Shown here: positions 19,501 to 30,306 of the stretch, one piece after another
Numbering within the stretch: the stretch's first letter is position 1
Layout: every line of letters begins with the position of its first letter
Source: Spirochaetota bacterium
Lineage (GTDB): Bacteria; Spirochaetota; JAAYUW01; JAOAHJ01
Direction of reading: 5' to 3'
Assembly (NCBI GenBank): GCA_026415295.1
Contig: JAOAHJ010000002.1
Location: forward strand, 7,509-71,508
DNA: 64,000 bases
The notes under the pieces: generated by a model
Told to the model about the DNA's origin: nothing
Databases searched by the model: none
Seen by the model: the letters and a program-made list of their open reading frames with translations, nothing else
Made by a program: the position numbers and the translations under genes

Positions 19501-20752
19501 ATTTTTCAGACCATAATTTACAAATATTTATAAAAGTTAATACAGCATACTCCATTGATTCAACAGAAATCCATTCTTTTATAGAATGATATAATATTCC
19601 CCCAGTAAATATATTTGGAGTTGGCATACCTTCAAAGGTTAACCTAGCTCCATCAGTACCGCCTCTTATACCCCTCTTTATTGGTTTTAATCCTGCCATT
19701 TTTATAGCTTTTATTGCAATATCAACAACTTCTGGATACTTTGATAAAATTTCTTTCATATTTCTATATTGTTTTTTTATCTCTATATCGATAATTAAAC
19801 CTTTGTATTTATTTTCAAATATTTTCTTCATTTTCTCTAACTTCTTTATTCTTTTTTTGTTTTTTCTTTCATTAAAATCTCTAATAATCAATGAACATGA
19901 AGAAAAAGACTCATCTCCTTTAATATGAGTTAAATGATAAAATCCATTTTTTTTATCAGTTTTTTCAGGTGTTTCTCTTTCTGGAATTTTGCTTAAATAT
20001 TTTGTTAAAAGCCTTAAAGCATTAATCATTTTACCTTTTGCCTCTCCTGGATGAACATTTAAGCCCTTAAAAGAAATTTTGATACTATATGCATCAAAAC
20101 ATTCATCTTCAATACTACCCTCTTCTCCTCCATCAAAGGTATACCCAAAATCTCCAAGCTTAGTTTTATCAATTTTTAAAGTCCCTTCTCCAATCTCTTC
20201 ATCTGGTGTAAAAATTATTCTTATCTCAGGATGTTTTATATCTGGATTTTCTTTAAGTATTTTTAACCCTGTTAATATTTCTGCTATTCCAGCTTTATCA
20301 TCTGCTCCGAGTAAAGTTTTACCTGAAGCTGTAATTATAGTTCTATTTTTATATTTTTTTAAAATCTTAGAATCTTTTGAAGTTATTTTAATGCTTGAAT
20401 CATTTAATATAATATCTTCACCATCATAATTTTCAATTATTTTAGGAACAACATTTTCTCCTGAAACAGCAGGTGAAGTATCCATATGAGCAAGAAAAGC
20501 TATTTTAAATTTAGAATTACAATTTGACCTTAATTTTGCATAAACATAACAATATTCACTAACTTCAACATCTTCAAGCCCTAAGGACTCTAATTTTTCC
20601 TTTAATAAATAAGCAAGTTCAAATTGATTTTTAGTTGATGGATTAGTTTTTGTATTTTCAGAAGATTCAGTATTTATTTTAACAAATTCAATAAAATTAT
20701 TAACTAAATACTCCCTATATTTTGAATTTAAAATCCCCATTTTTACCCTCAT
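19499..20752 (-). CDS. pepT: Peptidase T (tripeptide aminopeptidase, M20B)
   Basis: FLAHMDTSP, LLGADDKAGIAEIL, M20 metal ligands. 417 aa. Confidence 0.8.
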   Translation of the reverse strand: MRVKMGILNSKYREYLVNNFIEFVKINTESSENTKTNPSTKNQFELAYLLKEKLESLGLEDVEVSEYCYVYAKLRSNCNSKFKIAFLAHMDTSPAVSGENVVPKIIENYDGEDIILNDSSIKITSKDSKILKKYKNRTIITASGKTLLGADDKAGIAEILTGLKILKENPDIKHPEIRIIFTPDEEIGEGTLKIDKTKLGDFGYTFDGGEEGSIEDECFDAYSIKISFKGLNVHPGEAKGKMINALRLLTKYLSKIPERETPEKTDKKNGFYHLTHIKGDESFSSCSLIIRDFNERKNKKRIKKLEKMKKIFENKYKGLIIDIEIKKQYRNMKEILSKYPEVVDIAIKAIKMAGLKPIKRGIRGGTDGARLTFEGMPTPNIFTGGILYHSIKEWISVESMEYAVLTFINICKLWSEK

Positions 20753-20887
20753 ATCATTATAATTTAAATTGTAAAACTACTTTAAATTTTTATAATTTAT
20801 GTATTTATTAGGAAAAATTTTAATAAATATAACAAAAAATAAATTTTTAACAAAAATATTATTATAGTATTATAAAAAGGTAAAATT

Positions 20888-21343
20888 ATGATTATTGTTA
20901 TACAAAGGGTAAATTTTGCTAAATGTATAATAAAAGATAAAGTCTATTCTGAAATTAAAAAAGGACTCCTAGCATTGGTTTCAATAGAAAAAGATGATAA
21001 TTTAAATGATTATGAGTTTTGTATCAAAAAATTACTAAATTTAAGAGTGTTTGAAAATGATGAAAACAAATTTGATAAATCAATACAAGATATAAATGGC
21101 GAAATCATGGTAATTTCACAATTTACACTTGCTGGAAACATTAATAAAGGAAATAGACCTTCTTTCGATAATGCAATGCCACCACAAGCTGCCAAAATTG
21201 AATTTGAGAAATTTTTAGCACTACTAAATAACCATTTTACCTCTTTTAAAACAGGAATTTTTGGAGAATATATGCAGATTCAAATTGAAAACAATGGTCC
21301 AGTAACATTTATTATTGATTCAAAAAAAAGATTATATAATTAA
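20888..21343 (+). CDS. dtd: D-aminoacyl-tRNA deacylase
   Basis: SQFTL motif and C-terminal NGPVTFIID. ~150 aa. Confidence 0.8.
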   Translation: MIIVIQRVNFAKCIIKDKVYSEIKKGLLALVSIEKDDNLNDYEFCIKKLLNLRVFENDENKFDKSIQDINGEIMVISQFTLAGNINKGNRPSFDNAMPPQAAKIEFEKFLALLNNHFTSFKTGIFGEYMQIQIENNGPVTFIIDSKKRLYN

Positions 21344-21385
21344 ATTTATTTAATTTTTAAAAATTTTAGTTTATGGGGGAATTAA

Positions 21386-21910
21386 TTGGATTTAAAACTC
21401 ATATATTACAACAATCCTTTATTAAAACAAAAAATAGAACAAGTAAAAAAAATTGATGAAGAAATTATTAAAATATGTAAATCTATGCAGGAAGCTAATT
21501 ATTTATATAATGGAATAGCAATTGCTGCAAATCAACTTGGTTTAAATTTAGCAATAATAGCTTTAACTCCAATTGAACCTTTTAATAAAGATATATGTCT
21601 TATCAATCCAAAAATAATAGAATATTCTAAAGAAGAAACCATATTTGAAGAAGGTTGCTTATCTTTTCCTGATCTTTATTTAAAAATAAAAAGACCCGAG
21701 TACATAATTGTAGAATATGAACTTTTTTCAGGGAAAAAATATCAAATTAAAGCATCCGGACTTCTTGCAAGAGTATTACAACATGAAATAGATCATTTAA
21801 ATGGAATATTTTTTTTTGAGAGATTACCATTAGAAGAACAAAAAAAGTTAGAACCAATTCTTAAAAATATTAATGAAAAATATAATAATAATAAAAGTTC
21901 ACCATATTAA
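21386..21910 (+). CDS. def: Peptide deformylase
   Basis: Motifs GIAIAANQ, EGCLSFP, QHEIDHLNG. Confidence 0.9.
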   Translation: MDLKLIYYNNPLLKQKIEQVKKIDEEIIKICKSMQEANYLYNGIAIAANQLGLNLAIIALTPIEPFNKDICLINPKIIEYSKEETIFEEGCLSFPDLYLKIKRPEYIIVEYELFSGKKYQIKASGLLARVLQHEIDHLNGIFFFERLPLEEQKKLEPILKNINEKYNNNKSSPY

Positions 21911-21938
21911 TAATTTTTTATATCTTAAGGATATTTAA

Positions 21939-22910
21939 ATGAAAAAATATAAAATAGGTTTCTTTTCAACATCAGAATTTGGCGAAGAAGTATTTAACTA
22001 CTTATTAAAAAACCATAACATAGAATTTGTATTGACAACAAAACCAAAACCTAAAGGTAGAGGTTATAAAATCGAAAATTTACCATTTGTAAATAAAGCA
22101 ATAGAAAATAAAATAAAAGTTATATATATTGAAAAAAGAAAAGAAATTAAAGAAAGTTTAGAAGAATATTTTCAAAAAGATAAAAAAATAGATTTTGGAA
22201 TAGTTGTTGATTTTGCTTTTATTTTAGACGAAGAAATTTTTAAGATTTCAAAAAATTACTTTATAAATATACATCCATCAATACTTCCACATTATAGAGG
22301 ACCATCTCCAATACAATATACTCTTCTAAATAATGAAAAGATAACAGGAGTTACATTACAAAAGATGACAAAAGATTGTGATGCAGGAGATATTCTATAT
22401 ATAATAAAAACAGAAATTTTACCTTTTGAAAATTTTAACCTATTATATAACAGATTAAAACATATATCTGTTGAAGCATTATCTTACTTCTTTTATAATA
22501 TATCATTTATTAAAGCTGTTCCTCAAAATCATAATGAAGCCACATATACTAAAAAAATAACTAAAGAAGATTCAAAGATAAATTTTGAAATGGATGCAAA
22601 AATAATTTCTGGTAAAATAAATGCTTTTTCTAAATGGCCTAAAGTTAAAGTAAGATTAAAGGAAGAAGAAATAATATTTTTAAATTCTTCTTATGAAGAA
22701 AAAGATTATGATGGAGTACCAGGACAAATAATTAAAATAGAAAATTTAAATTTAGAAAAGAATCAAAATTTGAAAGTATTATTTATAAAATGTAAAAAAA
22801 ATACATTATTAATTTCTCATTTACAACGTGCAGGTAAAAAACCCTTAACAATTTCTGAATTTTTATTAGGTTCTAAGATCTTAACACCTGGAGAAATTTT
22901 CAACTCTTAA
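21939..22910 (+). CDS. fmt: Methionyl-tRNA formyltransferase
   Basis: NIHPSILPHYRGPSPIQ formyltransferase core. C-terminal Fmt domain. Confidence 0.85.
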   Translation: MKKYKIGFFSTSEFGEEVFNYLLKNHNIEFVLTTKPKPKGRGYKIENLPFVNKAIENKIKVIYIEKRKEIKESLEEYFQKDKKIDFGIVVDFAFILDEEIFKISKNYFINIHPSILPHYRGPSPIQYTLLNNEKITGVTLQKMTKDCDAGDILYIIKTEILPFENFNLLYNRLKHISVEALSYFFYNISFIKAVPQNHNEATYTKKITKEDSKINFEMDAKIISGKINAFSKWPKVKVRLKEEEIIFLNSSYEEKDYDGVPGQIIKIENLNLEKNQNLKVLFIKCKKNTLLISHLQRAGKKPLTISEFLLGSKILTPGEIFNS

Positions 22911-23076
22911 ACTTTGGAAATAAAAAATTTTTTTTCTAGCCAGATTTAAATTATTAGTTTTTATTAACCAAAATGATATTTAATAAAAATTAAATTGAGA
23001 ATTCTTAGATTTTTTTTAAAATTTAAGAAATTCATATAAAATGATTTAAATTTTTTATTTTAATGTTATTTTTAAC

Positions 23077-23940
23077 TTGAGGAATAAATCTATGAAATTT
23101 ATAAAATTCAATAAAGAAAAAATAATAAATAAGATTAATCATATTCTATTAAAGATAAAGTATTTTATAAAAGAATCATTATTGAAATTAAATGATTTTT
23201 TCAATAATTTAAACTGGAAACTATTTTGGTTTACAACAGTTATAATAATAATAATTTCTTTAATATTAGCAAATATTGCATATCTTTTATGGGTTAAAAA
23301 ATTTGATTTTGTTAAAGTACCATCTTTAGAAAAAAAATTTTTAGTTGAAGCTATTTTAGAATTACAAAAATATGATTTATATCCCAAAATTGAATCTATT
23401 TATTCAGTAGAATCATATGGTTATGTTATTTCTCAAGATCCTCAACCAGGAAAAATTATAAGAAATAAAAGATTTGTAAGATTGCTTGTTTCTGTTGGTC
23501 CTTATGTTAAAACTCTTGAAGATTTCACAGGTAAAAGTATATTTTATGCTGAAAAAAAGTTAAATGAAATTTCTAGTATTACAAAAAAAAACATAGTTAT
23601 AAAAGAAATTAATTATCAATTTTCAGATACTGTTGAAAAAGGATTTATAGTTTCACAACAACCTGCTCCAGGAACTGATTTAATTCTTGTAAATGAAGTC
23701 ATTTTGACTGTTTCCAAAGGTCCTGTAAATAATGATATTGCTATACCATCATTTATTGGCTTAACAATTGATCAAGCTACATTAAAAGCTAAAGAAAATG
23801 GTATATTTCTAAAAATAGAATATATCCAAACTGAAAATCCTGAAGAATTTGATGTTGTAATACAACAAAGTATTTCTCCTGGAGAAATAATTAAACCAAA
23901 CACTGAATTGACAATATATGTTGGAAAAAGAAAAGAGTAA
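23077..23940 (+). CDS. Stand-alone PASTA-domain membrane protein (no kinase or PBP domain)
   Basis: Single TM (TVIIIIISLILANIAYLLWV) then three PASTA-like repeats, each ending in GxxxxQxPxxG and a hydrophobic strand (e.g. GFIVSQQPAPGTDLILVNEVILTVSKGP). Confidence 0.6.
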   Translation: MRNKSMKFIKFNKEKIINKINHILLKIKYFIKESLLKLNDFFNNLNWKLFWFTTVIIIIISLILANIAYLLWVKKFDFVKVPSLEKKFLVEAILELQKYDLYPKIESIYSVESYGYVISQDPQPGKIIRNKRFVRLLVSVGPYVKTLEDFTGKSIFYAEKKLNEISSITKKNIVIKEINYQFSDTVEKGFIVSQQPAPGTDLILVNEVILTVSKGPVNNDIAIPSFIGLTIDQATLKAKENGIFLKIEYIQTENPEEFDVVIQQSISPGEIIKPNTELTIYVGKRKE

Positions 23941-24574
23941 AGAGATAGATTTTTCTAAAATTTGTCCCTCTATTTTTGCAGCAAATTTTCTAAATTTAAA
24001 AGAATCCCTAAATTATGCAAAGTATAAAGGTGTTAAATTGATACATCTTGATATAATGGATGGTCATTTTGTTCCAAATATCTCATTCGGTCCTAAAATT
24101 TGTGAAGATATTTTATCTTATAATTATTTTAATTTTGATGCCCATCTAATGATAGAAAACCCAGAAAAATTTATTCCAAAATTTATGAACCCATCAATAT
24201 CATATATAACAATTCATTATGAAATAAAAAAAAATATTGTTGAGCTTATAAATCAGATAAAATTAAGTAAAGTAAAAGCGGGAATTTCTATAAAACCTAA
24301 AACTTCATTTGAAGAATTGATAAATTTTTTAAAAGAAAGTGATCTTCTTCATAAAATAGATCTAATTTTAATAATGAGTGTAGAGCCAGGATTTTCAGGT
24401 CAAAAATTTATAGATGAAGTTATGCCAAAGATAAAAAAAGCTTATGATTTTAAAATTAAAAATAATCTCAACTATATTATTCAAGTTGATGGTGGAATTA
24501 ATTTTAATAATTGTTACCAAATTTTAGATAATGGTGCAGATCTTTTAGTAATGGGAGCAAATTTTTTTAAATAA
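23918..24574 (+). CDS. rpe: Ribulose-phosphate 3-epimerase
   Basis: CPSIFAANF, HLDIMDGHFVPNISFGP, VDGGIN. Annotated ATG overlaps the PASTA gene by 23 nt, so the true start may be a downstream alternative codon. Confidence 0.8.
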   Translation: MLEKEKSKEIDFSKICPSIFAANFLNLKESLNYAKYKGVKLIHLDIMDGHFVPNISFGPKICEDILSYNYFNFDAHLMIENPEKFIPKFMNPSISYITIHYEIKKNIVELINQIKLSKVKAGISIKPKTSFEELINFLKESDLLHKIDLILIMSVEPGFSGQKFIDEVMPKIKKAYDFKIKNNLNYIIQVDGGINFNNCYQILDNGADLLVMGANFFK

Positions 24575-24610
24575 TTTTTCTCAAAATCATTTAATTTAAC
24601 AAAAAACAAA

Positions 24611-25981
24611 ATGGAAAATGATATTAATAAAATATTTAAAATAAATGATTTTTATGAAATTGTTATTTTAGGTGCTGGTCCTGCTTCTCTTTTCTTATCA
24701 TTTCTACTTGCAAAAAATCTCCTTAATAAAGGCGAATATAAAAATTTAAACATTCTAATTATTGAAAAAGAAAAAATAATTGGTAAAAAACTTTTAATTT
24801 CTGGAAAAGGGGCATGTAATTTTACCAACATATCTAATGAAGAAACATTTATAAAAAACTATCCAAGAGGAAAATATTTTTTTAAAAAAATATTTTATAA
24901 ATTTACCAACTTTGATTTTATTAAATTAATTGAAGAAAATGGAATAAAAACAAGTGTTGAAAAAAATGGAAAATGTTTTCCTTTATCTAAAAATTCAAAT
25001 GAAATATTAAATTTATTTCTAAGTCAAATAAAAAAATCAAATAAATTTACTTTTTTAACAGAATCAAAACCAATTTTTATAGAATATATAAACAATTTAA
25101 AAAAAAATTTTAAAATTGAAATAGAGAGTAAAAATTCAAAAAAAATAATTACTGTTTTTTCAAATTTTTTAATTTTAGCTACAGGTGGCATCTTAGAAAA
25201 TGAACCTCCAAAAATTAAAAATATAGATATAGAAATATCTAAAATAGCACCTGCTTTATACGGTTTTGAAACTGAAGATAATGACAATATAATTAAAAAA
25301 TGTCAAGGAATAAGTTTAAAAAATGTTAGCATAAGAATAATAGGCACAAATTTTAAAACTACTGGAGATATTTTGTTTACACATAAAGGAATATCTGGCC
25401 CTGCTATTCTTCATCTTTCATCTATAGCCGCATACTATATTAAAGACAATAAATTTAAATTTAAACTTTCAATTAATTTAATAAACACTTTAATGAAAAA
25501 TGAGAAAGATATAAATTCATTAATAAAATTATATAAAGAAAAATTATCACCTATTAAAGATAAACTTTTTAAAAACTGTTATATTCTATTTAATTTACCT
25601 TCAAAGTTATTTGAAAATATCTTAATTTTATTTTGCAAAAAAGAAAAATTTAAAATAGAGGACCCCAAAAAAATAAAAGCAAAATATTTTTTAAATGATC
25701 TTGTTTTAAAAAAATTTTTACTATTTATTTGCGATTTTAGAATATCTATAATTAACAAATCTAACATTCAGTCTGAATTTGTGACTGCGGGAGGTATAGA
25801 GCTAAAACAGATCTATTCTAATGGAATGTATTTTAAAAATTACCCTCAACTTTTTGCTATAGGTGAAATTCTCAATATAGATGGTTTAACAGGTGGCTAC
25901 AATCTGCAAAATTGCTGGACTACTGCTTATGTGGCATTCAAAGAGATAGAACAAAGAATTATAAATCAAAATCTTAGTTAA
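24611..25981 (+). CDS. HI0933-family FAD/NAD(P)-binding flavoprotein
   Basis: N-terminal ILGAGPASLF dinucleotide fold. C-terminal TAGGIELKQI and GEILNIDGLTGGYNLQ. Confidence 0.7.
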   Translation: MENDINKIFKINDFYEIVILGAGPASLFLSFLLAKNLLNKGEYKNLNILIIEKEKIIGKKLLISGKGACNFTNISNEETFIKNYPRGKYFFKKIFYKFTNFDFIKLIEENGIKTSVEKNGKCFPLSKNSNEILNLFLSQIKKSNKFTFLTESKPIFIEYINNLKKNFKIEIESKNSKKIITVFSNFLILATGGILENEPPKIKNIDIEISKIAPALYGFETEDNDNIIKKCQGISLKNVSIRIIGTNFKTTGDILFTHKGISGPAILHLSSIAAYYIKDNKFKFKLSINLINTLMKNEKDINSLIKLYKEKLSPIKDKLFKNCYILFNLPSKLFENILILFCKKEKFKIEDPKKIKAKYFLNDLVLKKFLLFICDFRISIINKSNIQSEFVTAGGIELKQIYSNGMYFKNYPQLFAIGEILNIDGLTGGYNLQNCWTTAYVAFKEIEQRIINQNLS

Positions 25982-26078
25982 AAAACCTATTATTTTATAA
26001 TTATTTAAAATATTGAAATTTTAAATTAAATAGTTACTTTTAATAAAAATAAATTTAAAAAAATTAAAGGAAATATTA

Positions 26079-26525
26079 ATGATAAAATTATCAAACTATA
26101 TAAGTAAAGAAAATATCTTTTTCATAGATAAAAATTCAAAATTAGAGATATTTGATGAAATATTTGAAAAAGTAAAAAATAATAAATATATAAAAAACAT
26201 TGAAATATTTAAAAATTTAATCTTAGAAAGAGAAAAAATTGTTAGTACTGGTATAGGAATGGGCTTTGCTGTTCCTCATATTAAAAATAATATAGTAGAA
26301 GAATTTTTTATATCTATTTTCATCCTTGAAAAACCTGTAGATTGGAACTCTATTGACAATAAACCTGTTAAAGTAATTTTTCTTATTGCTGGCCCAGAAA
26401 ATCACAATCTTTATTTACAAATTTTATCAAAACTTATATTGATTATAAGAAATTTTAAAGAAAGAAAAGCTTTACTAAATTCTAAAAATTTAGATGAAAT
26501 TTATTCATTTTTTTATAGATTTTAA
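26079..26525 (+). CDS. PTS EIIA type-2 (EIIA-Ntr/PtsN-like) regulatory protein
   Basis: Active-site region GIGMGFAVPH. 148 aa. No other PTS components nearby. Confidence 0.55.
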   Translation: MIKLSNYISKENIFFIDKNSKLEIFDEIFEKVKNNKYIKNIEIFKNLILEREKIVSTGIGMGFAVPHIKNNIVEEFFISIFILEKPVDWNSIDNKPVKVIFLIAGPENHNLYLQILSKLILIIRNFKERKALLNSKNLDEIYSFFYRF

Positions 26526-26596
26526 TATCACTACAAAAACAAAATACCTTTTATAGAAAATTAATATTTTTATATTAAAAATATAAAGGAATATTT

Positions 26597-26908
26597 ATGC
26601 TTATTTATTATATTTTCTTAAAAGACTTAAATTATAAAGAAGATATAGCTTTAGCATTAACTTCATCTAGTTTAAACTCTACTTTATTTATAGAATCTAT
26701 AAATATTAATAAACTACTCCAATTAAAACTACCCTTATTCTCTGGTTTATTTAACACAAATATAGATAATGATTCAGGTTTATTTATAGGATTTACTGAA
26801 AACAAAGAGAATCTAAATAATTTTCTAAAATTATTACAAGAAAGCGGCGTAATTAACAGTGAAAACTCAATATTTAATATTTTTTATTTTGAAGTTAATT
26901 CATTTTAA
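26597..26908 (+). CDS. Hypothetical protein (103 aa)
   Basis: Intact ORF, no motif. Confidence 0.35.
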   Translation: MLIYYIFLKDLNYKEDIALALTSSSLNSTLFIESININKLLQLKLPLFSGLFNTNIDNDSGLFIGFTENKENLNNFLKLLQESGVINSENSIFNIFYFEVNSF

Positions 26909-26955
26909 TTTTATTTTTTTTAATAATTTAAAAATTTAATTTAAGGAGTTTAAAA

Positions 26956-27993
26956 TTGAAAATTCATTACTATCAAAATTATTTAAAATTATTTTTATTA
27001 TTATTTTTAATAACAATTTTAAACTTAAATTTAAATTCACAGGAAACCATTTCTCTATCTTTTGTAGGTGATATTATGATGGGAACTACCTATCCTTCAG
27101 ATATTCTTCCTCCAAATGATGGAAAAGATTTATTTAATGATGCAAAACCATTTTTTGATACAGATTTTATTTTAGGAAATTGTGAAGGAACATTTACTGA
27201 GCAAAAAACATCGACAAAAGATGTCTCAAAACCTAATAATTACGCTTTTAGAATGCCTTTAAGATATATAAATTATTTAAAAGAAGCTAATTTTCATATA
27301 CTTAGCATTGCAAACAACCACTCTTTTGATTTTGGAAATAAAGGTTATATAGATACAATTGAAAATTTAAAAAAAGCTGGATTCATTGTAATAGGAGAAA
27401 AAGGAAATATTGAAATTATTGAAAAAAAAGGATTAAAATTTGGTTTTATAGGTTTTTCATGGTTTTCTCACCATAATAATATACTTGATCTTAATAATAC
27501 TAAAAATTTTATAAAGGAATGTAAAAATAAAGTTGATTTATTAGTTGTCTATTTTCATGGTGGATCTGAAGGAGAATCCGCACAAAGAGTTAAAAATGAA
27601 ATGGAATATTTTTTAGGGAGTCCAAGAGGAAATGTTTATCAATTTGCAAGAATAGCTATAGACAATGGTGCTGACATAGTTGTAGGTCATGGACCTCATG
27701 TTTTAAGAGGAATGGAATTTTATAAAGGAAAATTAATTGCTTATTCCCTTGGAAATTTTTGCACTTACGGTATGTTTTCAATGAAATATCCTCGAAATAT
27801 TTCATGTATCTTAAAAGTATATTATGACAAAAATAAAAACTTTTTAAAAGGTCAAATTATTCCATTCATTTTACTAAATAAAGGGATACCATACTATGAT
27901 AAAAATAAAGAAGCAATAAAAATAATAAATAATCTTTCCAAAATTGATTTTGGAGAAAATGGAGTTAAAATAAATGAAAATGGAGAATTTTAA
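26956..27993 (+). CDS. CapA/PgsA-family metallophosphatase (poly-gamma-glutamate/capsule synthesis-type)
   Basis: Signal peptide. Motifs ISLSFVGDIMMG, GNCEG, NNHSFDFG, VVYFHGGSEG, GHGPHVLRG, SLGNF. Confidence 0.75.
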   Translation: MKIHYYQNYLKLFLLLFLITILNLNLNSQETISLSFVGDIMMGTTYPSDILPPNDGKDLFNDAKPFFDTDFILGNCEGTFTEQKTSTKDVSKPNNYAFRMPLRYINYLKEANFHILSIANNHSFDFGNKGYIDTIENLKKAGFIVIGEKGNIEIIEKKGLKFGFIGFSWFSHHNNILDLNNTKNFIKECKNKVDLLVVYFHGGSEGESAQRVKNEMEYFLGSPRGNVYQFARIAIDNGADIVVGHGPHVLRGMEFYKGKLIAYSLGNFCTYGMFSMKYPRNISCILKVYYDKNKNFLKGQIIPFILLNKGIPYYDKNKEAIKIINNLSKIDFGENGVKINENGEF

Positions 27994-28639
27994 TTTTTTA
28001 TTAAAAGATGAAAAATTTGATAATCTATATATTGTAAATCACCCCTTAATGAAACATTTACTTACACATTTAAGGGATAAAAACACCAAACCTGCTTTAT
28101 TTAGAACAATCACAAAAAAGATAACAACCCTGTTATCAATTTTTGCATCATATGAGCTATCATTACAAAAAAGCATAAGAGAAACACCATTAGAATCTTT
28201 TGAAGGCTATATAATTAATGAGCAAATAGTAGCAATTCCTATTTTAAGAGCTGGCCTTGGAATGATAGATCCAATATGTGACTTATTCCCTGAAGTCTCT
28301 GTTGGTTATGTAGGAATACAAAGAGACCATGAAACAGCAATACCTCATGAATATTATTATAAACTCCCTGACATTAAAAATAAAGTAGTTTTTTTACTTG
28401 ATCCAATGCTTGCTACTGGTGGATCAGCTTCATATGCAATAAATTTAATAAAATCTGAAAAACCAAAAAAAATTATTATGCTTGCTATAGTTTCTGCTCC
28501 TGAAGGAGTATCTTTAATAAATAAAAATCACCCTGAAGTCCAGATATTTACTGCAAGTCTTGATAGAGAATTAAATTTTAAAAAATATATTTTACCAGGT
28601 CTTGGTGATATGGGTGATAGATTATATGGAACAATTTGA
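27974..28639 (+). CDS. upp: Uracil phosphoribosyltransferase
   Basis: VNHPLMKHLLTHLRD, LLDPMLATGGSA, ILPGLGDMGDRLYGT. Confidence 0.9.
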   Translation: MKMENFNFLLKDEKFDNLYIVNHPLMKHLLTHLRDKNTKPALFRTITKKITTLLSIFASYELSLQKSIRETPLESFEGYIINEQIVAIPILRAGLGMIDPICDLFPEVSVGYVGIQRDHETAIPHEYYYKLPDIKNKVVFLLDPMLATGGSASYAINLIKSEKPKKIIMLAIVSAPEGVSLINKNHPEVQIFTASLDRELNFKKYILPGLGDMGDRLYGTI

Positions 28640-28695
28640 GATATTATCTTTTTAGTTAATTTTTAAGCAGGAATAAAAAATAAATATTTTTATAA

Positions 28696-30282
28696 ATGGA
28701 GAATTATATGAATAATGAACAATTAAATGAGGTACTTAATATTTTTTCTCAAATTTCTAAAATCCCAAGATGTTCTAAAAATGAAGAAAGAATAGCAAAA
28801 TACCTTATCAACTTTGCTTTAGAAAATAATCTTGAATACAAGATAGATAATCATAATAATGTTTTAATAAAAATTCCACCAACTAATGGTTATGAAAATC
28901 TTCCCGGAATAATCATTCAAACACATATGGATATGGTTTGTGAAAAGGACAATGATATAGTACATGATTTTAATAAAGACCCTATAGAATTAATTTTTGA
29001 AGGTGATTTTTTAAAAGCAAAAGGGACTACTTTAGGGGCTGATGATGGTATTGGAATGTCTATAGCATTATCTTATGCTAAAATGAAAAATTTACCACAC
29101 CCTCCTTTAGAACTTTTATTTACTGTAGATGAAGAGACTGGTTTAACTGGAGCTAAAATGTTATCAGAAGATTTTCTATCATACAATTATATGCTTAATA
29201 TTGATACCGACAGTGACAAAACTTTTATAATTGGTTGTGCTGGAGGGAAAGATGTTAAAGTTAAAATTAAAACATATTTTTCAAAATTAACTAATAATAA
29301 TTTAGAAAATTCAATTAGAAAATTTATTTCTAATTATAACTTTAAAAATAGTGAAACTCAACTTCAAAATAACAAAAATTTAAATTTTTCTATTTTTGAA
29401 TTAAATATAGATGGTTTAATTGGTGGGCACTCAGGTCTTGATATTAATAAAAAAAGAGGAAATGCTATAATAATTTTGATTAGATTATTAAATTATTTAT
29501 TAGAAAGTAATATTCTATTATGCTTAGTATCTATATTTGGTGGACAAGCCCACAATGCTATTCCTAGAAGTTCTAAAGCAACAATAGTTATTCCTGAAAT
29601 TTATGAAAAAGAATTTCTTGAAAAAATAAAAATATTCTCAGAACTTTTAATTTCTGAGATAAAATTTGATGAACCAAATATAAAAATCCTATTTGAAAAG
29701 ATAAATGACAGGATAGATAAAAATAAAGTTGAAGAACTATTTTTTATAGATTTTCAAGAAACAAAAAAAATTATTAATTTATTAAATTTAATTCCTCATG
29801 GGGTTTTTACTATGTCATCTCAAATACCAAATCTTGTTGAATCTTCAAATAATTTTGCAAAAATAAATACAAACTTCAATGAATCTTCCTTTGATTTACT
29901 TTTAAGTTATAGATCATCAAATGATTCTGTAATGGCTTGGGCTATTTCCAAGATAAAATCACTATCAGAAATATTGAATTTTAATATTGAAATCGGAAAT
30001 GGTTATCCATCCTGGACACCTGATATAGATTCAAAATTTCTTTATTTCTGTAAAGAATCATATAAAGAGTGTTTTTCTGAATACCCAAAAGTAGATGTTA
30101 TACATGCGGGACTTGAATGTGGAATATTAAAATCAAAATATAAAAATTTAGAGGTTATTTCTTGTGGTGTAGAGCTGCATTCCCCACATTCACCTCAAGA
30201 AAAAGTATCAATAAGTTCTATAGAGAGAACTTTAAAATTTATAAATAAATTATTTAGTAATTGGAAAAATTTTTTTAATTAA
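28696..30282 (+). CDS. pepD: Aminoacyl-histidine (Xaa-His) dipeptidase, M20C
   Basis: IIQTHMDMV, GTTLGADDGIGMS, ELLFTVDEETGLTGA. 528 aa. Confidence 0.8.
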   Translation: MENYMNNEQLNEVLNIFSQISKIPRCSKNEERIAKYLINFALENNLEYKIDNHNNVLIKIPPTNGYENLPGIIIQTHMDMVCEKDNDIVHDFNKDPIELIFEGDFLKAKGTTLGADDGIGMSIALSYAKMKNLPHPPLELLFTVDEETGLTGAKMLSEDFLSYNYMLNIDTDSDKTFIIGCAGGKDVKVKIKTYFSKLTNNNLENSIRKFISNYNFKNSETQLQNNKNLNFSIFELNIDGLIGGHSGLDINKKRGNAIIILIRLLNYLLESNILLCLVSIFGGQAHNAIPRSSKATIVIPEIYEKEFLEKIKIFSELLISEIKFDEPNIKILFEKINDRIDKNKVEELFFIDFQETKKIINLLNLIPHGVFTMSSQIPNLVESSNNFAKINTNFNESSFDLLLSYRSSNDSVMAWAISKIKSLSEILNFNIEIGNGYPSWTPDIDSKFLYFCKESYKECFSEYPKVDVIHAGLECGILKSKYKNLEVISCGVELHSPHSPQEKVSISSIERTLKFINKLFSNWKNFFN

Positions 30283-30306
30283 AAAAAATTTTTTCTGGAG
30301 AAATTT

